Assembly (NCBI GenBank): GCA_028707635.1
Contig: JAQWAQ010000001.1
Span: forward strand, 51,336 to 115,335
DNA length: 64,000 bases
Source of the DNA: Negativicutes bacterium
GTDB taxonomy: Bacteria > Bacillota > Negativicutes > JAAYSF01
Direction of reading: 5' to 3'
The first letter of the stretch is position 1, and each line of letters begins with the position of its first letter. A model generated the notes under the pieces. That model was given only the letters and a program-made list of their open reading frames with translations. It was not told the DNA's origin and searched no databases. Made by a program: the position numbers and the translations under genes. Shown piece after piece: positions 29,696-40,006 of the stretch.

Positions 29696-30820
29696 TCAAT
29701 TCTTTTTTTTCTTTGCTTCATACATGAGTTTATCACTATGATGTATAAGCTCATCTATATTATTATAAATATTATCAAATATCGCCATGCCATAACTAAA
29801 CTTGATACTATACGGCATTGGGTTGCCTTCGTTGTAGGCGTCAATCTTATTATTTAGTATATTTATATATTTTTCTACTACTTCCTTTTTGTTTTCGTTA
29901 ATCAAAATCATAAACTCATCGCCACCGGAACGAATAGCAACTCCTTTTCCTACGAAAACATCTTCAAGTTGCCGGGCAAATAACCTTAATACTTTATCAC
30001 CCTCATGATGCCCATGAACATCATTAATACTTTTAAAGTCATCAAGGTCAATATTTAACACTGCTAACATAATATCATTCTTCCTGCGCAAGTTTGCAAG
30101 ATATTCATTATAAGCTACTCGATTACCTAACCCTGTTAATGGATCAAGCTTTGTTTGGCTGTGTACAATATAAATGTAATTAATCACAATAGCTATCGCT
30201 ACACTATTCCAAATCGTTAGATAGACAAAATAGTACAATTGGATAATAGACAGCAGAAATGGGATGACTGTAAGCAAACTAAGGGTAAGCAGCTCTTCTC
30301 TATTATGTTCTTTTCGAACATTGTATAAAAGCCATAGGTTGATAAAGTAATAAAAATAACTTGTTAGTGGTGAAACAAGCCATAGTGGTCCGCGCATATA
30401 GCTATTTTCATTAGTTACAGCAAATATCCAATTAAAATTATAGCTGCCTAAAGATATGACGCTATTCACAACAAAAGGCACGCTCAGCCAAATAAGCGTA
30501 TTGAAATTTATTTTTTTGTATTTATTCGTTCTTCTATAAACATATAGTAATGTACAAATCGGAACCAACGGAGCCAAAAAAAATCCAAGAATATTAACCA
30601 GCTTATGTACAGTAATAAAATTAATGTAATTACTGTTATTTAATAATACGCTCAAAATTTCTAATATCAATATTAATGTCGTTAAGGAAATTAGCGTTAA
30701 AAATAACCGATTAACCTGCTCCTTGCTATTCATTTTATAGCAAGCATGTACAAGAATACTTGCCAATAATATAACCATAAAAATATTTACTTGAATCGTA
30801 AGTAATGTATTAATTTTCAT
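29696..30820 (-). CDS. Membrane-anchored diguanylate cyclase (GGDEF domain)
   Basis: About 200 aa of polytopic N-terminus, then LTGLGNRVAYNEY...LNIDLDDFKSINDVHGHHEGDKVL...RSGGDEFMIL, which contains the GGDEF motif. Confidence 0.9.
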   Translation of the reverse strand: MKINTLLTIQVNIFMVILLASILVHACYKMNSKEQVNRLFLTLISLTTLILILEILSVLLNNSNYINFITVHKLVNILGFFLAPLVPICTLLYVYRRTNKYKKINFNTLIWLSVPFVVNSVISLGSYNFNWIFAVTNENSYMRGPLWLVSPLTSYFYYFINLWLLYNVRKEHNREELLTLSLLTVIPFLLSIIQLYYFVYLTIWNSVAIAIVINYIYIVHSQTKLDPLTGLGNRVAYNEYLANLRRKNDIMLAVLNIDLDDFKSINDVHGHHEGDKVLRLFARQLEDVFVGKGVAIRSGGDEFMILINENKKEVVEKYINILNNKIDAYNEGNPMPYSIKFSYGMAIFDNIYNNIDELIHHSDKLMYEAKKKKN

Positions 30821-31096
30821 CTACTCCCTGCCCAGTTACGTTACCGATTGTTTGCGGCGGGATACAGTCAGAGCTGCCATCCCTGACGGCAAAGATTCCT
30901 CGGCCTGTTTTCTGGAAGCGGAAAATCCGAGTGTTATCCTGGTATTGAGGTCTGGAGACGCTCACTGATAATTTTTGCCCGTTCATAAGGTCAAAAATCG
31001 CCGACTCGCACTTTAATTGCGTTCTATAAATAAAGACTAAAATCCTGTATATTACCACAATACATCAGGCATTTTACGAAAAAAAACAATTAAATA

Positions 31097-31134
31097 AGTC
31101 CCTTGAATGAAAACAGGGGGAACCCTCCCCCTGT
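31097..31134. terminator. Long perfect hairpin (17-bp stem), probably a terminator
   Basis: TGAATGAAAACAGGGGG-aaccct-CCCCCTGTTTTCATTCA. Confidence 0.6.
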
Positions 31135-31255
31135 TTTCATTCAAAAGCTTTGTGATTTTAACTCTACCTGAACGCTAAGAAAAAACAGCAATTATTTCAA
31201 TAACATCATCACTATCAAAGAAATAGCCGCAGAAGCGGCTCATCTTTACCGATAA

Positions 31256-31684
31256 TCAGGGACTCCAATAAACAACGCCATTTTCCGTATACCAGCGGTC
31301 AAAAGATACCTGACGTCGGTTACTCCCCGCCGGGCATGACTCACCATCATAATATTTAAAGGGTTCCTTGATTACCGTTCGCTTGACCGCATTTTCACCT
31401 TCGCCACCCCAGCTTGCCTCACTAGTATAAGCATAGATATAGACAGAATCCCGCTTAGTTGAAGAAGAGAAATTCAAATTTCTTGTATTGTACGGCTCAA
31501 CCTTGTACCAGCCTCTTGTTACCCATTTGCTGGCCGAATCCTCATAATAGATGACAGCCGCCCACAAAGTATCTGAATAGGGATTTTCAAGATTGATGTT
31601 GATAGCTTCCGCCTGTTGCGGAATAATCATAACCAAAAACAAGAGACATAAGCCCAGCAGGAACTTTTTTACACGTACAGTCAT
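31256..31684 (-). CDS. Secreted hypothetical protein
   Basis: 142 aa with a signal peptide. It is Trp/Tyr-rich. Confidence 0.5.
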   Translation of the reverse strand: MTVRVKKFLLGLCLLFLVMIIPQQAEAININLENPYSDTLWAAVIYYEDSASKWVTRGWYKVEPYNTRNLNFSSSTKRDSVYIYAYTSEASWGGEGENAVKRTVIKEPFKYYDGESCPAGSNRRQVSFDRWYTENGVVYWSP

Positions 31685-31742
31685 TGAAATTCACCTCTAC
31701 GTTTTATTTTTTCTTGTAAGACCTAGATAGCCAGACATATCT

Positions 31743-32261
31743 TTACTTCTCCTCCAGCCTCAGGGTGACGCTGCGCAAATTCATAAAGTATTCGGTACCG
31801 ATATAGTCTGTGGCAAAGCTTGGCCGAATCGACAAGGTCAACGGGCCCTTTTCCAAATTGCTGCCACAATTGTCATTGATAGTATACACCGACCAGTCCC
31901 CGCTATCTTTACCAGTAGGATGTGCGGAAAACTTCAGTCGTTGCACCTCTTTGCCGGGTGAACTAAGGACGAGTAAGCCGCTTGCTTTCGGCTCGTTTCC
32001 TGGTCGAGAATACTCAATCAGAATCTGATACATGCCTGATCGGGGGATATCCACTTTCCAGCTAACCTCGTTATTTTCGAGCCAACCGCCTAAGTTATAA
32101 GGCGCTTTTTTAGGCTCAATCACAACATCAGACGCTTTTTCCAGATTAGCATCCTGCGGCAACAGTTTTACCTCCACCTTCTCTCCACCACAGCCCGCCA
32201 GCATAGCCAGCATAACAACAGCGGCAAGAATGATAAGCAACATTTTCCCTAACCCTTTCAT
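31743..32261 (-). CDS. Lipoprotein of unknown function
   Basis: Signal peptide with lipobox LAGCGG. The rest is beta-rich (a possible carbohydrate-binding-like fold). Confidence 0.55.
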   Translation of the reverse strand: MKGLGKMLLIILAAVVMLAMLAGCGGEKVEVKLLPQDANLEKASDVVIEPKKAPYNLGGWLENNEVSWKVDIPRSGMYQILIEYSRPGNEPKASGLLVLSSPGKEVQRLKFSAHPTGKDSGDWSVYTINDNCGSNLEKGPLTLSIRPSFATDYIGTEYFMNLRSVTLRLEEK

Positions 32262-32292
32262 TGTCTCACTCCTTCTATTGTATTAATGAATG

Positions 32293-32718
32293 CTAGTTTT
32301 TTAAGTATAAAGTGTCGACGAGCTCAAGCATAGCCTTAATCTCACTAATAACGCGCTGGCGCTGCTCGGAAAGCGTCATATCGCCGTCAGCGGCTTCAAA
32401 CGAATCACCGCAGCCCAACGCCACATAGAGTTTATCATCGCGAAATGAAAGATATAACGGGCATCCCAGCTTGTCTGAAGCCAGCACAATGCCTTCCAAA
32501 ACCGGCGGAGTCAAGATACGCAAAGCCGCCATCGGACTAGAGGCGACAATGGAAAACTTCTGGTTGAAGGCGTCCATCTCGGTTTGGATCGCCTCATTGC
32601 TTTTGAACTTGCCGCCATGCCGGTCATAAACAGATACCGGTTCATTGGAGATGGCTTCGTAGTCAAAGACCACCAGCCGCCCACGAAAAACGCTTTTCAG
32701 CACCGTCCTTGTCTGCAA
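32293..32718 (-). pseudogene. C-terminal piece of a split (frameshifted) membrane protein gene, DUF3137-like
   Basis: The reading frame continues upstream without a stop (..ETYRDDNDELQTRTVLKS..) into the end of the 32729..33481 ORF. One indel would fuse the two. Confidence 0.45.
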
Positions 32719-32728
32719 TTCATCATTG

Positions 32729-33481
32729 TCATCCCGGTACGTCTCCCTCCCTTTCCTCCTGCAAATTTATATCTGACTGGATAAAGTAACGCCCTTGATA
32801 ATCTGCCGCCAAATAATCGTTGCCGCTGTAAATGTCATAATGCGGAAACAGCGCCGCTGCTTTGATTATGGATTCATCCAGCTTTGCCTCGGGCTGAAAA
32901 TCCACATTATCCAAAACAGATTCCAAACCCTTAGCCACAACCTGTTCCTTGAAAGCTCTCTTATAGCGCATGTTAACAGGCACTTTCGCCAGCCAAAAGC
33001 CGATAAGGAAAGTCGCCGCCAAGATTGCATAACCATAAAAACCCGCCTCGCCGAAAGCGTCGTAAATATCTTCCAAGAAGACAAAACCCAGAATCGACAA
33101 AATAATCGCTGTAACAAAAAAGAGCAAATCAAGACCCTGTGATTTCATCCGCAGCTTCTCCAGGTCCATCAGAGCCTCGGAACCGGTTTTAGCGGTGTCC
33201 TTAAAGCTTTGCCGCTGCCTAATCCCGCTAAGCGTACCGCCAACCAGCGTGCCAATCAGCGCGGCAACTCCCAGCATAATAGCCAAAATCGGAGCAAACA
33301 ATACAAAAAAGAGAATAAGCGCGATGATTGTGCCGATGATGTCGCCGTCCATCACCAAGAACTCAAAATTCGACCAAAAGGCTGCAGCAATAATTAAAGC
33401 GACGACGGCAAAAGCCATCCGCAGCCACTTAACCCAGGAGTACGGACTATCAAAGCCTAACACTTTTTTAATCAGTTTCAT
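32729..33481 (-). CDS. N-terminal piece of the same split gene. It encodes a membrane protein with 4-5 TM helices.
   Basis: 250 aa. It ends ..NLQEEREGDVPG* directly abutting the downstream ORF, which is in another frame. Confidence 0.5.
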   Translation of the reverse strand: MKLIKKVLGFDSPYSWVKWLRMAFAVVALIIAAAFWSNFEFLVMDGDIIGTIIALILFFVLFAPILAIMLGVAALIGTLVGGTLSGIRQRQSFKDTAKTGSEALMDLEKLRMKSQGLDLLFFVTAIILSILGFVFLEDIYDAFGEAGFYGYAILAATFLIGFWLAKVPVNMRYKRAFKEQVVAKGLESVLDNVDFQPEAKLDESIIKAAALFPHYDIYSGNDYLAADYQGRYFIQSDINLQEEREGDVPG

Positions 33482-33757
33482 GTATTACCCCCAAAACAAT
33501 CTCGCTGCTTTTTCGCGGAAACTGAACAGGAAGAACATCAGGCTTTCAATTACTATCTATCCGCGCAAACCAGATTTAGCCTAATTATATATACTAACTA
33601 TACGCCCAGAGGCGGTAACCAAAATAGACCCGAAAAGTATCCTATTTATTAAAAAATTCATCTCATTGTCTGATATAATAAAGTGTGGGTAAGAGCTGCT
33701 AGAAGTACGGATAAGAGTAACAGTATATTACCTGACAGAACTACGAAAGGCTTAAAC

Positions 33758-34909
33758 ATGGCAAAATATGATTATTTAATTATTGGCAGCGGCTTGTTCG
33801 GCTCAGTATTTGCTCATGAAGCAGTAAAGCTGAAAAAAGAAGTTTTAGTGTTAGAGCGCCGGCCTCATATTGGCGGAAATTTGTATTGCCAAAGAAAAAA
33901 TGACATATGGCTTCATTGCTATGGTGCACATATATTTCATACAAACAGTAAGCTGATTTGGGACTATGTTAATCATATTACAGAATTCAAGCAATATATC
34001 CATATGCCCTTAGCAAACTATAAAGGGCAAATTTATAACCTGCCCTTTAACATGCATACCTTTTATCAAATGTGGGGAACAACCACTCCAGAGCAAGCAA
34101 GAAAAAAAATTGACCATCAAAAGAAAGTCTTGGCGAAAGAGCCGCAAAATTTAGAAGAACAAGCCCTTGCTTCTGTTGGTGAAGAGCTATATCTTAAACT
34201 GATTAAGGGCTACACAGAAAAACAATGGGGACGCCCCTGCAAAGAACTTCCGCCTTTTATCCTAAATAGAATTCCTCTTCGCTATAGATATGACAACAAT
34301 TACTTTAACTGCTCCTATCAGGGAATACCTCTTGGCGGCTATAACCCTTTAATTGAAGGCTTGCTGGAAGGAAGCGAAATAATCTTAGGCGAAGATTTCA
34401 ATGAGCAGCGTTCAAAATATGAGCATATGGCACACAAGCTTATATATACTGGCCCAATAGATGCTTATTTTAATTACTGCTATGGACAGCTTGCCTATCG
34501 GAGCTTGTCGTTTAAGTCGGAGCTGTTAGAAATAGAAAATTATCAAGGCACTGCGGTAATGAACTTTACCGATAGGGAAACTCCCTATACACGTATCATT
34601 GAGCATAAGCATTTTGAATTTGCCAATCAACCTGTTACATGGATTACAAAAGAGTATCCTTTAGAGTGGACCATAGAAAAAGAAGCATATTATCCAATTA
34701 ATGACTTAAAAAATCAAGCCTTATATAAAAAATATGCTCAGCTAGCAAAAAATGAAAAAAATGTACTCTTTGGCGGACGTTTAGCACAATATCGTTATTA
34801 TGATATGGACCAAATTATTGAACAAGCACTTACTTTAGCCCACTTAGAATTAAAAGGCAAAAAGGAGAATATGGATGCCAAAAATATCGGTAATTGTTCC
34901 TATTTTTAA
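33758..34909 (+). CDS. glf: UDP-galactopyranose mutase
   Basis: MAKYDYLIIGSGLFGSVFAHE is the FAD Rossmann start and LVLERRPHIGGN follows. Its length is about 383 aa. An upstream in-frame ATG at 33683 is unlikely to be the start. Confidence 0.9.
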   Translation: MAKYDYLIIGSGLFGSVFAHEAVKLKKEVLVLERRPHIGGNLYCQRKNDIWLHCYGAHIFHTNSKLIWDYVNHITEFKQYIHMPLANYKGQIYNLPFNMHTFYQMWGTTTPEQARKKIDHQKKVLAKEPQNLEEQALASVGEELYLKLIKGYTEKQWGRPCKELPPFILNRIPLRYRYDNNYFNCSYQGIPLGGYNPLIEGLLEGSEIILGEDFNEQRSKYEHMAHKLIYTGPIDAYFNYCYGQLAYRSLSFKSELLEIENYQGTAVMNFTDRETPYTRIIEHKHFEFANQPVTWITKEYPLEWTIEKEAYYPINDLKNQALYKKYAQLAKNEKNVLFGGRLAQYRYYDMDQIIEQALTLAHLELKGKKENMDAKNIGNCSYF

Positions 34910-36719
34910 CTGTGCAAACTATGTAAGCGAGGCTTTAGACAGTGTATGTCAGCAGACCCTAAAAGATATAGAAATTATCTGTGTCAATGACGGTTCCACA
35001 GATAATTCACCAGAAATAATAGCTAATTATAGCCAAAAGGATGCACGTATAAAAGTAATACATAAACCTAATACCGGCTATGGACATACCATGAACATCG
35101 GCATCAATGAAGCTAAAGGCAAATATATTGCTGTTTTAGAAGCAGATGACTATCTTCAGCCTGATTTCTATGCCTCACTTTATGAAGAAGCGGAAAAAAG
35201 CGGTGCACAGCTTGTTAGATCTGATTTCGGCAGATTCTATGACCATGAAGGGCGACGAAAAATTGAATACTGCCAGGTTACCTATGACGATTTGTATGGA
35301 AAAATTTTAAATCCTCAAACCTTGGATATACGAATTTTTCGTTCGGCAATGATGTCTTGGACGGGAATTGTCTTACGAAGTTTTTTAAATACATACTGCA
35401 TACATCATCATGAAACTCCCGGAGCTGCCTATCAGGATAATGGCTTTTGGTTTCAGATGTTTTGTCAAGCCGATAAAATTTTGTATTTACCTAAATTAGG
35501 CTATATGTATAGGATTGACAATCCCGCGTCTTCAGTGCATAACCGCAGCAGGCTCTTTTCTATGAATGAGGAATATGCCTTTATTTATGGGTTTTTACAG
35601 CATCGTCCAGACTTGCATAAGTTTCTGGGCATATATTGGATGAAGAAATATGAAAATAATTTATTTACACTTCGCCGCATCGATAAACAGTATCAGGAGA
35701 TCTATTTAAAGCATTTTCAAGAAGAATTTAAAGCTGCCGAAGCAAAGGGCGAGCTGGATAAAAAGTATTTTCTTCCGGAAGAATGGTGTGATGTAGAAGT
35801 TTTATTGAAAACTCCAGAATTGTATTTAGAAAAAATATACGCTGCCCAGTATGGTTATCCTTATGACCAAAACCTGCCTTACCCAGCCATTTCTATAGCA
35901 GTAATAACCGGCCAACATGTACAGGCTTTACATAAAAGCATCCAAAGCTTATTAAACCAGACTTTTGGCAGCTTTGAAATTATTCTTTTGGATGATACCA
36001 CATCAGAAGCCGTTACCCAATACTGTTTAAGCTGCTGTAAGCATGACAGGTTCGTATATGTAAACACCGTTTCTGCGGCTCGTTATCAAGAGGCTTTGCT
36101 AAAAGCGCGCGGCTGTTACATTACCTTTATCGATGCCGGCGACACTGTAAAACCTGAGTTTCTGGACATCTTGTACAGCTTCACTAAGCAGGAGCAAATT
36201 GAGCTGGTAAGCTGCAGCTATGAATATAATGAGGACAAAGCAAGAACACAACGTCTGGCTTCATCGCCGCCAATTAAAGTTACAGGAGAAATGAAGGAGC
36301 GCATGCTCTTTGAAATGAATTTCAGCGCCTGGGGTGTTTTATGGGGAAAATTATACAGCCGCCAGCTATTGACAAGGGTATGGTGGAGCTTTTTAACCGG
36401 CAAAGAAATCTATGACAATAGGCTGGTGGCTTTTTCTGCTGCTGTGCAGGCAAACGGGTATATCATACTGCCTCAATGCCACTATCAGCGCCAATACTCG
36501 CAGGATGAATGGGAGGATGAAAATCTGCCTGCAGTCTTGACCTTGTTATGGAAAATGGCAAAAGCATTTGGCAATACAGAATTATTGCCAAAATGGGGTA
36601 CATATTTTTTAGGCTCCTATTGGGAAGAAAAATTAGAAGCAAACTATCAACAAAGTACATTAAATAAAAAATCACTGGCAGAAACAAGTTATCTCGAATT
36701 TATTAAAGAAATGCTATAA
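34875..36719 (+). CDS. Two-domain family-2 glycosyltransferase, probably a galactofuranosyltransferase
   Basis: The first GT-A domain reads ISVIVPIFNCANYVSEALDSVCQQT...EADDY. The second reads ISIAVITGQHVQALHKSIQSLLNQTF...LLDD. It overlaps the glf stop. Confidence 0.8.
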   Translation: MPKISVIVPIFNCANYVSEALDSVCQQTLKDIEIICVNDGSTDNSPEIIANYSQKDARIKVIHKPNTGYGHTMNIGINEAKGKYIAVLEADDYLQPDFYASLYEEAEKSGAQLVRSDFGRFYDHEGRRKIEYCQVTYDDLYGKILNPQTLDIRIFRSAMMSWTGIVLRSFLNTYCIHHHETPGAAYQDNGFWFQMFCQADKILYLPKLGYMYRIDNPASSVHNRSRLFSMNEEYAFIYGFLQHRPDLHKFLGIYWMKKYENNLFTLRRIDKQYQEIYLKHFQEEFKAAEAKGELDKKYFLPEEWCDVEVLLKTPELYLEKIYAAQYGYPYDQNLPYPAISIAVITGQHVQALHKSIQSLLNQTFGSFEIILLDDTTSEAVTQYCLSCCKHDRFVYVNTVSAARYQEALLKARGCYITFIDAGDTVKPEFLDILYSFTKQEQIELVSCSYEYNEDKARTQRLASSPPIKVTGEMKERMLFEMNFSAWGVLWGKLYSRQLLTRVWWSFLTGKEIYDNRLVAFSAAVQANGYIILPQCHYQRQYSQDEWEDENLPAVLTLLWKMAKAFGNTELLPKWGTYFLGSYWEEKLEANYQQSTLNKKSLAETSYLEFIKEML

Positions 36720-36757
36720 CTATTACTCAATATAAGGCTACCCTCCAAAATACAAAG

Positions 36758-36813
36758 GCGTGTCGCAAAACGTTTGTTTAGTAATAAAACGTTTCGCGAC
36801 ACGCTTTTTGTTT
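36758..36813. terminator. Bidirectional long-hairpin terminator
   Basis: GCGTGTCGCAAAACGTTT...AAACGTTTCGCGACACGC, followed by TTTTTGTTTG. Confidence 0.75.
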
Positions 36814-36821
36814 GTAACTTT

Positions 36822-38798
36822 TTAAAAGCTGTGCCTATAGCCTAAATTTGCTTTCCATTTTTCCGTCACTTTATCTGCTCCGGCAGTTTTAGTGATTTCA
36901 CCGTAGAGATTGTTGTTTTTGCTAAGCTTGGTGTTAAATCCGATGCCGTATTCGAACCAGGTGTCTTTCATGTCCTCGTTAGTATATTTTTCATAATTCT
37001 GGTAGCTTGTTGTTACACCTGTATCACCTGAAAATTCACGCATGAGTGAGAGTTTGGCATAAACATTCCCGTTTTTTGTATTTTTACCAGCATTTATTCC
37101 CAGTCTGCCGATAAAGGAGTTTATAGCATTATTTTTAACATATGCCCCATTTACTCCATTCATTTTCATAGTATAATCGTTGCTGTTTATGTGCCCATAA
37201 TTTATTTCTGCCTGCGGCTCAATATACCATCCGTCTTTTAAATCCTTATGATATCCATATTCTATAGACATATTAAGTCCATTGGCCGCGGTATCGCTTT
37301 CGTAGTTAGTAGTAGATGACCAGGTATTCATTTTACCGCTCATTCTTCCGTATTTGATAATGGCATCGGCAAAATGCCCTTTTTCTCCTACATAGCTTCC
37401 ATAAATGCCAAACATGGTAGAATCAGTGTCACCCTTGCCGCCGTATGAAGCTATATCTCCATCCATATGCGATAGGGCAAGGCCGGTGAATAGTTTGCCT
37501 TGCTTTATTTCTACCTTGCGGTCATAGCCCGCCTGTATTCCTCTATACTGCACCGTTGATGACAAGGAGCTGTTTATTTCTGTTTCACCGCCGTAAATTC
37601 TGGCCCAGGTACCTGTGCTGTTTTCTTCCTGGCGTAAATCACCCATCCGCCTTAATAAGTCATTGTTTTCTAACCGCCATGTGGATAGAGCTACATTTCC
37701 TAATCCTGCTGCTGTATTGGCCATTTGCTGTCCTGGTCCATCGCTAAGGCTGCCATTGCCTTCAATTTGGACTGCGGTTAGTTTTGTCACACCATTTTCG
37801 GTACTTATAGTAGGAGTAATTGTCAGGGTTTTTGTCAATAGTCCTGCGGCTACGTCTTTTTCTGTCTTATACGGTTTGGCCTGTACCGTATCATTTACAC
37901 CATTATTTGTTGTCAATACAGTAGCTCCGCCAACATATGTACCATCAATATCTTGGCTCGCATCATGTACAACCTGAATATAATAGGTGTTAGAATCGCC
38001 CGTAACGCCCTGTAGCGTCACACTGTCTGCTTGATTATTTTTTATGTCGCTGGCTATAGCAAAGGTTGCACCGTTGAGCGCACCTTCTGCATTACCAATT
38101 GTGAAGCTTCTGTCAATGGAGCTAGTTCGCACTTTATTCGGTGATTGGTGATAGAGATCGATAATTCCGCCGTTTGCCGATAGATGAATACCGTTGTTAC
38201 CTAATGTCGCAAGCGAATAGCTGTCATCGCCTTGCTGCACATACCATACAGCACCATCGCTGAGCTTCATAGATATATCTCCACGGCCTGCATCGCCTTG
38301 CAGCAACATTTTGCCTGCAAGATATGAGTTTTCATTTGTTAAATTAAGCTCTACGTAACCTGTGCCGTCGTACCCATGCTCCTTATCAGTCGTATTGTGG
38401 CCTTGAGCTATAACATTACCAGAAATCTGCACTGTTTTTGTTTTATCAGGATCTGTTTCTGAAATAGGATTTATTTTTAAAGTGGCCCTTGCACCAGATC
38501 CATCAGCAAGTCCATCCACAAATAATGCATAACTCTCACTAGCATCTTGCGTAATAGCAACATTTCCCTTTAACTGTACAGTACCCCACCGAGATGAATA
38601 AGATATATGTCCTTTAGCAATCGCAATATTATCAATTATTTCACCTGGATAATTAGACTCCGTGTAATCCTGCGATTCAGTAATCGTATCCAGCTTTGCC
38701 TCAGCAGGTGCCGGCATTAAGGATGTCGATAATACTATCCCGCCTGTGCAAAGCATATGCAGCAGGCGCTGCCGTTTTTTTTTACTTAGTTTTTTCAA
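36822..38798 (-). CDS. Classical (type Va) autotransporter: signal peptide, beta-helical passenger and C-terminal outer-membrane beta-barrel
   Basis: 658 aa. The passenger is Gly/Thr/Asn-rich with repeats. The C-terminal barrel ends ..KWKANLGYRHSF with an aromatic terminal residue. Confidence 0.75.
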   Translation of the reverse strand: MKKLSKKKRQRLLHMLCTGGIVLSTSLMPAPAEAKLDTITESQDYTESNYPGEIIDNIAIAKGHISYSSRWGTVQLKGNVAITQDASESYALFVDGLADGSGARATLKINPISETDPDKTKTVQISGNVIAQGHNTTDKEHGYDGTGYVELNLTNENSYLAGKMLLQGDAGRGDISMKLSDGAVWYVQQGDDSYSLATLGNNGIHLSANGGIIDLYHQSPNKVRTSSIDRSFTIGNAEGALNGATFAIASDIKNNQADSVTLQGVTGDSNTYYIQVVHDASQDIDGTYVGGATVLTTNNGVNDTVQAKPYKTEKDVAAGLLTKTLTITPTISTENGVTKLTAVQIEGNGSLSDGPGQQMANTAAGLGNVALSTWRLENNDLLRRMGDLRQEENSTGTWARIYGGETEINSSLSSTVQYRGIQAGYDRKVEIKQGKLFTGLALSHMDGDIASYGGKGDTDSTMFGIYGSYVGEKGHFADAIIKYGRMSGKMNTWSSTTNYESDTAANGLNMSIEYGYHKDLKDGWYIEPQAEINYGHINSNDYTMKMNGVNGAYVKNNAINSFIGRLGINAGKNTKNGNVYAKLSLMREFSGDTGVTTSYQNYEKYTNEDMKDTWFEYGIGFNTKLSKNNNLYGEITKTAGADKVTEKWKANLGYRHSF

Positions 38799-39759
38799 TG
38801 TTTTGTCCTCCTGTTACTTGATTTGTTTTTTCCAGAAAAAATTCCATTAACTGGTGCGCAGCTATGCCAAGATAATAGGCCGCCGCTTTATATTCACCGC
38901 GTCCTTGGGCATTTTGGCCAGCCAAAAAAGCAGTCTTCACATCCCAAGGCTCACTCGGCTCCATAGTAAACCATAAAGAACGCCGCACATAGCTCCAGTA
39001 GAGCTGTTCGATTTCATCGGCACAATAGCGAATCCAGGGCTTACCCTCATTGACAAAATGAATAATCGCATCTTCAGGCAGAATTTTGGCCTGAAGAGGA
39101 TTGAAGGCTTCCAGCATATGGTTAAAACAAGGTGAAATCTCGATAACCTGCCCCTCTAAAATACAGTTTAATGTATCCTGCTCCAGTAAGACAAAGTCTT
39201 TGCCGTGTTTTTTATACACCTCAAGTACCTGCTTGGTCAGCTTTTGCTGCCGCCAGATGGGAAGATTCATCAGCATCATGCCGGCATTAAAATACTCTTC
39301 ACCCTTTAAATGTAACCGCAAAGCATGTTCACATGGCTTAGGATAAAAGCTTACTGCCACAGCCTTATTGTTAAGCTCAACCTGCCAAAGCTTGTCCAAC
39401 CTGCCAATACAAAGCATATCCGCATCAAGATAAATAACTTTTGTTAGCTCTTTTGGCAGAAAGTTAGGCAGCAAAATACGCAAAAAGACAGTTTTATTCA
39501 TTCTTTCCGGACCAGCAACAATTTCCGGCACACTTTTTAATAGCTCGCGTACATCATAAATCATGATCCGCGTATTACGATACAGCCTGGTAAATTCATC
39601 AAGTTTGACTTTGTCAGCTTCATCAATTCCGCTACAAGCAAGATGAAAACAGACTGGCTGCCCGGAATGATTTAATACAATAGAGGTCATCATCACGCCA
39701 GCATATTTTACATAGTTTGCATCTACACCAAATGCAAATTGCCACTCTTCCAAATGCAA
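38782..39759 (-). CDS. Glycosyltransferase family 8 (LPS glucosyl/galactosyltransferase-like)
   Basis: FAFGVDANYVKYAGVMMTSIVLNH...YLDADMLCIGRLDKLW shows the DxD motif, and NAGMMLMNL follows. Confidence 0.8.
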   Translation of the reverse strand: MHLEEWQFAFGVDANYVKYAGVMMTSIVLNHSGQPVCFHLACSGIDEADKVKLDEFTRLYRNTRIMIYDVRELLKSVPEIVAGPERMNKTVFLRILLPNFLPKELTKVIYLDADMLCIGRLDKLWQVELNNKAVAVSFYPKPCEHALRLHLKGEEYFNAGMMLMNLPIWRQQKLTKQVLEVYKKHGKDFVLLEQDTLNCILEGQVIEISPCFNHMLEAFNPLQAKILPEDAIIHFVNEGKPWIRYCADEIEQLYWSYVRRSLWFTMEPSEPWDVKTAFLAGQNAQGRGEYKAAAYYLGIAAHQLMEFFLEKTNQVTGGQNIEKTK

Positions 39760-40006
39760 CTCCCTTTCTTTGATTTCAAGTAGTTGTTAAAATCAGCCCC
39801 CGTTACTTCCACGACTATGTCCATGTCTCATTCATCTATTTTAAAAAATAATTCAAAGGAAGACATTTCAGACAAGCAATGATAGCTAAAGCTTTGATAA
39901 ATGCTTTAAAGACGCCAGCAATAGAGCTTTATGCTTACATCTCACTTCACTACCCTCCATTTCTTAGTAATGCAGCAACGCCCTTATCCAAAGCAGATGG
40001 CAAGGG

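Noticed and set aside
29449-29857. 72-aa and 63-aa ORFs around the GGDEF gene 3' end
   Set aside because: They overlap the terminator hairpin and the GGDEF coding region and have no RBS.
30810-31058. 82-aa minus-strand ORF upstream of the GGDEF gene
   Set aside because: There is no RBS and it sits in the leader region. It is treated as non-coding (see the leader finding above).
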